A stretch of DNA of 64,000 nt from Myxococcales bacterium. GTDB taxonomy: Bacteria > Myxococcota_A > Polyangia > Polyangiales > GCA-016699535. The stretch is taken from positions 3,296,835 through 3,360,834 of the forward strand of contig CP064980.1 in the NCBI GenBank assembly GCA_016699535.1. Direction: 5' to 3'. The position numbers and the translations under genes were made by a program. The stretch's first letter is position 1. Every line of letters begins with the position of its first letter. Below are positions 59,301-64,000 of the stretch, in pieces. Below the pieces are notes generated by a model. The model saw only the letters and a list, made by a program, of their open reading frames with translations, made no database searches and was not told where the DNA came from.

Positions 59301-60928
59301 GCTTGGAATGCAAAAGCTTTGTTCACCGAAAAACCGTCCTGGACGATTGAACTTAGGTCTTCAGCGCTTCGCTTTTTTGAAACAAGCCCTATCGTACTCA
59401 CCCTTGAAGCAAAAACCACTCCGGAAGGGGTATCCGTCGAAGCCACCACAGAAGACCTTTTCAAAGGTAAAGGTACTGTTACAGGACACCTGCCGCTCAA
59501 GTGGCTAGCCCAGCCACCCTTTGCAAGCTTTGATTCTGACGCTCCTTTTTCATTGCATGCAAAATTCAAAAAGGCACGCCTGCAACCGATTCTCACCTCG
59601 ATTCCCAGTGTAACGAACGCCGATGCGATAGCGACCGGACAAGTCGATTTAGCGGGTTCGATAAATGATATTCGTATTACGGGAAGTATGGATGTCTCCA
59701 ATGGCTATCTGCAGCTAGTCGGACTCGGTCAGCAGCTACAAAACATTCAAGGACAAATTATTTTCAGAGAGAAATGGGCAGAACTAAAAAACATACGAGC
59801 TACGGACGGCCAAGGGAGTTCACGTATCTTGGGTGGTATCGGTTTCGAAGGTCTTCGTCCTACAAAAATCAAACTTAGTCTAAATTCGTCACGCTTTCCG
59901 GTTCGACGAGAAGGAGCAGTTTTAGCTCGCCTTACTGGTTCAGCCAATATGACAGCCACAACGACACCGGAACGTCTGGATGCAGCCATGGTCGTACACA
60001 ACTTATCGGTAGCCTTACCCGATGAAAACAACTCGGGGGTTCAGGAGTTGAGTCCCCACCCCGACCTTACAGTAGACGGCGGAAAGACTGCTACTGAAGA
60101 AGGGGATTCAACACCCTTCATCGTCCATATGCAATCGATGCGTCGCAACCCTTTTGGGTGCGACGTTCGGATTTTTCCGCGCAGGTCGCTTCAAAACTTG
60201 ATGTGACGTACAAAGATCCCTACTTGTATATTGAAGGCTATGCCGATCTACGAAGAGGTTTTTTCGACCTGTTTGGAAAGCGCTTTGAGCTCTCTAGAGG
60301 AACCATGAATTTTGATGGCTCAAGCGAACTCAACCCGGAATTGAATCTTCAAGCCACACACGAAGTTGCATCATCCGGTGGAACTCTTGTCACGATTTCA
60401 GTCGGCGGTCGGCTACGTGCTCCAAAAGTTGATTTTACCTCCAATCACCCAGACTGCCGGGAACAAAGCCAAGTCATCGATTTGTTGATTAGTGGTCGCT
60501 GCGCTTCGGGTCAGAACCAAAGTGGTTTTGGCGTTGCCGCTGCTGAGCAGCAAGCAGCATCCTTTTTGGCAGGTCTGACCGCCGGTATTCTTACCTTGGG
60601 TGCACGACGAGAATTTGGAGAATTGGTGCCGGTCATCTCAATCGAGACGGGACAAAGTGGCTTCAGTAGCACAAGGGCTCGACTCGGTTTTCAAGCAGAC
60701 ACAATTATCCCACCATTTATGAAGTCTGTAGTTCGCGGGGCGTACATTGAAGGGGCTTTTCCTCTGTCCTCCGCACAAGACAGCCCTCAAATACAGCAAC
60801 AGCAACTTCAGCAACAGGGTGCAGGTACACGCTTTTTGTTAGAACTTCAGTTTCCTTATGACTTTGTGGGCACCACCCGCTACTGGCCGCCCAGCACTTT
60901 CGGGTTGGATCTTACTTGGGAGCCCTAG
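56349..60928 (+). pseudogene. tamB: TamB-like translocation and assembly module protein (DUF490 C-terminus), split into four frames
   Basis: N-terminal membrane anchor and a long beta-rich body. The C-terminal block GYADLRRGFFDLFGKRFELSRGTMNFDG...NPELNLQA is typical of DUF490. The frame switches are at about 57215-57225, 58195-58205 and 60128-60133. Confidence 0.7.
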
Positions 60929-61044
60929 AGATGTGTGCCCCTGTGTTGATTCGATTCTCGCCTTACCGACGGTCATGATACAGCGCTCCGCCTCAGAATT
61001 CCCGGGCACTCGACTTCTTGGCGCACGACGTGTAGATAGCCTGC

Positions 61045-62373
61045 ATGCAGCGTAAACTCTTCGGAACCGACGGCATTCGCGGTCTGGCAAACCAAGGAAT
61101 TATGAGCCCTGAGACGGCCTTCCGGGTTGGAGCCGCGGTCAGCTACCAAGCACGAAAACGGGGTATTCGATCTCCTCGTGTCGTTATCGGCAAAGACACT
61201 CGCCTGTCTGGCTATCTATTTGAAACCTCCCTCGCAGCAGGAGTCTGTACCTTTGGAGGGCGCGTCCTACTCTCCGGTCCTCTTCCGACCCCAGCCATTG
61301 CTCATATCACTACAAGCATGCGTGCAAGTGCTGGAATTGTTATCAGTGCATCACATAATCCATTTGAGGATAACGGAATCAAAATATTTGGCCCCGACGG
61401 ATACAAACTACCGGATGAGGTTGAACTTGAAATTGAAAGCCTTATTTTGGGAAACGAACTCGATAGCCGACGACCCATCGGCAAATCCATTGGTAGAGCA
61501 GACCGCCTAGACGACGCTTGGGGACGCTATGTAGCTTTTGTCAAATCACGTTTTCCTCAACATCTACAACTCGATGGCGTACGCATTGTAGTCGATGCAG
61601 CACACGGCGCGGCCTATCGAGCTGCACCCTGTGTATTTGCCGAGCTTGGAGCCGAGGTATTTCCCATTGGCATAAAACCAAATGGGAAAAACATCAATTC
61701 ACGTTGCGGCGCACTGCATCCCGAGCACTGTGCGCGTGAGGTAAAGAAGCGGCATGCTCATCTTGGTATCGCTCTTGACGGAGATGCCGATCGCGTCATC
61801 TTCATCGACGAAAAAGGAAACACCATCGATGGCGACGTCATCATGGCGCTTTGTGCGACTCGCATGATTCGAGCAAAAACTTTAAAAAAGAAGACCCTTG
61901 TCGCAACCGTCATGTCTAACCTTGGTCTTGAACGATCACTTCAACGCGAGAATGGGAAGCTTATTCGTTGTCCGGTCGGTGACCGCTATGTGGTCGAAAC
62001 ATTGCGCCGCGGAGGATACAACTTTGGAGGCGAGCAATCTGGACATCTTGTTTTTCTAGATCACGTCACCACTGGAGATGGCCTTGTAGCAGCACTCCAA
62101 CTTCTATCTATTATACTACAAGAAAACCGCCCGCTTTCTGAATTGGCAAACGAAGTGATGCAGCCCGTTCCACAGGTGCTAGTGAATGCTACTTTCAAGA
62201 CACGCAAAGCCCTTGAAAACCTTAAAAAGACGAGCAAGCAAATCCGTTTGATTGAAGCAAAGTTAGGAAAAGAAGGCCGCGTCCTGGTTCGATGGAGTGG
62301 GACAGAAGCAAAGCTACGGGTGATGATCGAAGGACCCGATCATAAGCTTATCTCTACTCTAGCAAAAGAATGA
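61045..62373 (+). CDS. glmM: Phosphoglucosamine mutase
   Basis: FGTDGIRG, the active-site [23 protein letters not shown] and GGEQSGH. Confidence 0.95.
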   Translation: MQRKLFGTDGIRGLANQGIMSPETAFRVGAAVSYQARKRGIRSPRVVIGKDTRLSGYLFETSLAAGVCTFGGRVLLSGPLPTPAIAHITTSMRASAGIVISASHNPFEDNGIKIFGPDGYKLPDEVELEIESLILGNELDSRRPIGKSIGRADRLDDAWGRYVAFVKSRFPQHLQLDGVRIVVDAAHGAAYRAAPCVFAELGAEVFPIGIKPNGKNINSRCGALHPEHCAREVKKRHAHLGIALDGDADRVIFIDEKGNTIDGDVIMALCATRMIRAKTLKKKTLVATVMSNLGLERSLQRENGKLIRCPVGDRYVVETLRRGGYNFGGEQSGHLVFLDHVTTGDGLVAALQLLSIILQENRPLSELANEVMQPVPQVLVNATFKTRKALENLKKTSKQIRLIEAKLGKEGRVLVRWSGTEAKLRVMIEGPDHKLISTLAKE

Positions 62374-62398
62374 TTAATACTGCAAAAAGCGAGCTCGT

Positions 62399-64000
62399 CT
62401 AGACTTCCGTTGTGGTGTGACAGCTTTGAGCCGCTTCATGAACCCTAAAGAACAGGTTTTCCTCACCGATTAACTCAGCCAAGCCTGAACGCTCCATGAC
62501 ATCACGCACGGGACCTTTAACTGAAGCCATTTTCAAACAAATACCACGTCTCTTGTAGTCGCACACGAGTTCGCGAAGCGCAGCTTCCGCCGAAGAATCA
62601 AGATAGTTGATACCACTGGCATCGAGCACAACAAAGTGTAACTTCTCCTTCAGGTCTCGCTCCAAAACCCGTAACGTTTCTCGCAAGAAACTCACATTTC
62701 CGAAATAGAACTGAGCGTCAATGCGCAGCAACAGTACACCTTCGCAGCGTTGAGCCTCCGAATACCGTAAAACATTTCTATAGATTTCCGTCCCAGGCAG
62801 ACGACCCAACAAAGCGTAGTGTGGACGAGTGGTGCGAAACACAAAAGTAATGAGAGAGGCTCCAACGCCAATAAGCAAACCGTTTTGAACGCCAAAGCTC
62901 CAAGTCGAAACAAAGGCAAGGCCCAACAAAAACAGGTCTTTCCGATCAAAACGGCGAAGACGTCGCAGTTCTCCAATTTCCAGCAAACCAAGGACAGAAA
63001 CAAAGATAACCGCGGCAATAACAGAAACAGGCAATAGTCTCACCCAAGGCGTAAGCCAAAGCAAAACCATAATAACAATTGTAGCCGCAAACCAGTTGTG
63101 TCTTGCGCTTATTGCCGAGGCACGAGCGGCTACGGCTGAACGAGAAAAACTTCCCGAAACGGGGTAACACCCTGAGAAACTTCCGGCAAAGTTGGCACAG
63201 CCCAAGGCAAAAAATTCCCGGTTTGGATAGGGCTCCTCCGCAGCACTACGCGCCAAGCCTTTGCCGATTGAAATGGCTTCAACAAAACCAATAAACGCGA
63301 TGCTCGTTGCAGCTGTAGTCACGGAAAAGAGCAAAGAAAAATCCCAAACCGGAACTTTGAACGTCGGCAAACCTGTTGGTATGGGCCCGACATTGTTCAC
63401 TCCAAGTTGATCGGTATGAACAATGGCTGCCAGACAAATTCCCAGCAAAGTCACGAGCAACACAGCTGGAAATTTGGGCCAGAACACTTTGCATACCCAG
63501 AGAATAGCAATCGTGCCCAGCGCTATCGTGAAAGTCGCTAAATGTGTTTTTTCCACCTGTTCGATCAGAAAGACAAAGGCACTAAAGTTGTCGCTTCCTT
63601 TGGGAAGCTGCACCCCAAGAAGCAATGGCACTTGTTTTAGCGCGATAATTAAAGCAGCCGCACTCGTAAAGCCTCGTAGGACCGGCCGGGAAAGGAATTG
63701 GCCAAAAATCCGCCATGCAATAAACCGAGGCAAAGTTGAACCATGCCCACAACGGCGCAAAACATCGGAGCAATCGCCAAAGCGGATACGCCATGTTTGT
63801 GACTCAACAGCGATAAAGATGCTCCTACTAAAAGAGAATCCAGAGCGACGGGACCGACAGAAAGATAACGACTACTACCAAGCAGGCCATAAACCACAGG
63901 TGGAAGCAACGCCGAATACAAACCGACTTCCGGTGGAAGTCCTGCAAGCAACGCGTAAGCAACAGACTGAGGCACAAGGAGAGCCGAGACACTCAGACCT
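62399..64000 (-). CDS. SulP-family anion transporter with a C-terminal STAS domain (5' end beyond the window; one apparent frameshift)
   Basis: The ORF 63649-63975 frame (extended by eye to the window edge at 64000) has PQSVAYALLAGLPP...LGSSR. ORF 62399-63760 has FLSRPVLRGFTSAAAL and a STAS tail (VVLDASGINYLDSSA). The frames join at about 63696-63698 (AATT(T)CC). Confidence 0.8.

Noticed and set aside
1-64000. Mobile genetic elements, prophage, integrase or transposase genes, tRNA/rRNA genes and toxin-antitoxin pairs.
   Set aside because: No ORF shows DDE, tyrosine-recombinase or serine-recombinase motifs. No tRNA-like cloverleaf or T-loop consensus was seen in the intergenic regions. There are no terminal inverted repeats flanking any block.

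Overview
This is a 64-kb chromosomal window of about 50% GC with dense, mostly operonic coding. It has no rRNA, tRNA, CRISPR array, transposase or integrase that I could recognise. The gene content looks like a deltaproteobacterial or myxobacteria-like diderm: a eukaryote-like Ser/Thr kinase with a PP2C phosphatase, FG-GAP lipoproteins, many Cys-lipobox signals, TamAB and a Rieske/cytochrome b-c complex. That taxonomic guess is inference only.

Recognisable housekeeping genes are ppc, miaB, glmM, ruvX, mltG, queD, cysD, cysN/C, a succinate-semialdehyde-type aldehyde dehydrogenase, DJ-1, a gamma-carbonic-anhydrase-like protein and a SulP permease.

The accessory or unusual content is:
1. A translationally coupled radical-SAM/SPASM, PqqD and HPr-kinase-like cassette (19.2-21.6 kb). 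It looks like a RiPP maturation module, but I found no precursor gene.
2. A ten-gene, stop/start-overlapping lipid operon (26.2-37.1 kb). It encodes two acyl-AMP ligases, an ACP, a crotonase, two NAD_binding_4 reductases, a pyruvyl-transferase-fold enzyme, a degenerate HAD protein, a lipid kinase and TetR, with a perfect 14-bp palindrome upstream.
3. A bacterial Elp3 homologue.
4. A structured repeat region between an ATP-grasp-like gene and queD.
5. About 14 reading-frame breaks, concentrated in accessory genes (TamA/TamB alone carry five). Several breaks sit at homopolymer runs, so real pseudogenisation and assembly error cannot be separated from the sequence alone.

All functional calls come from motif recognition by eye. 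No database search was run.
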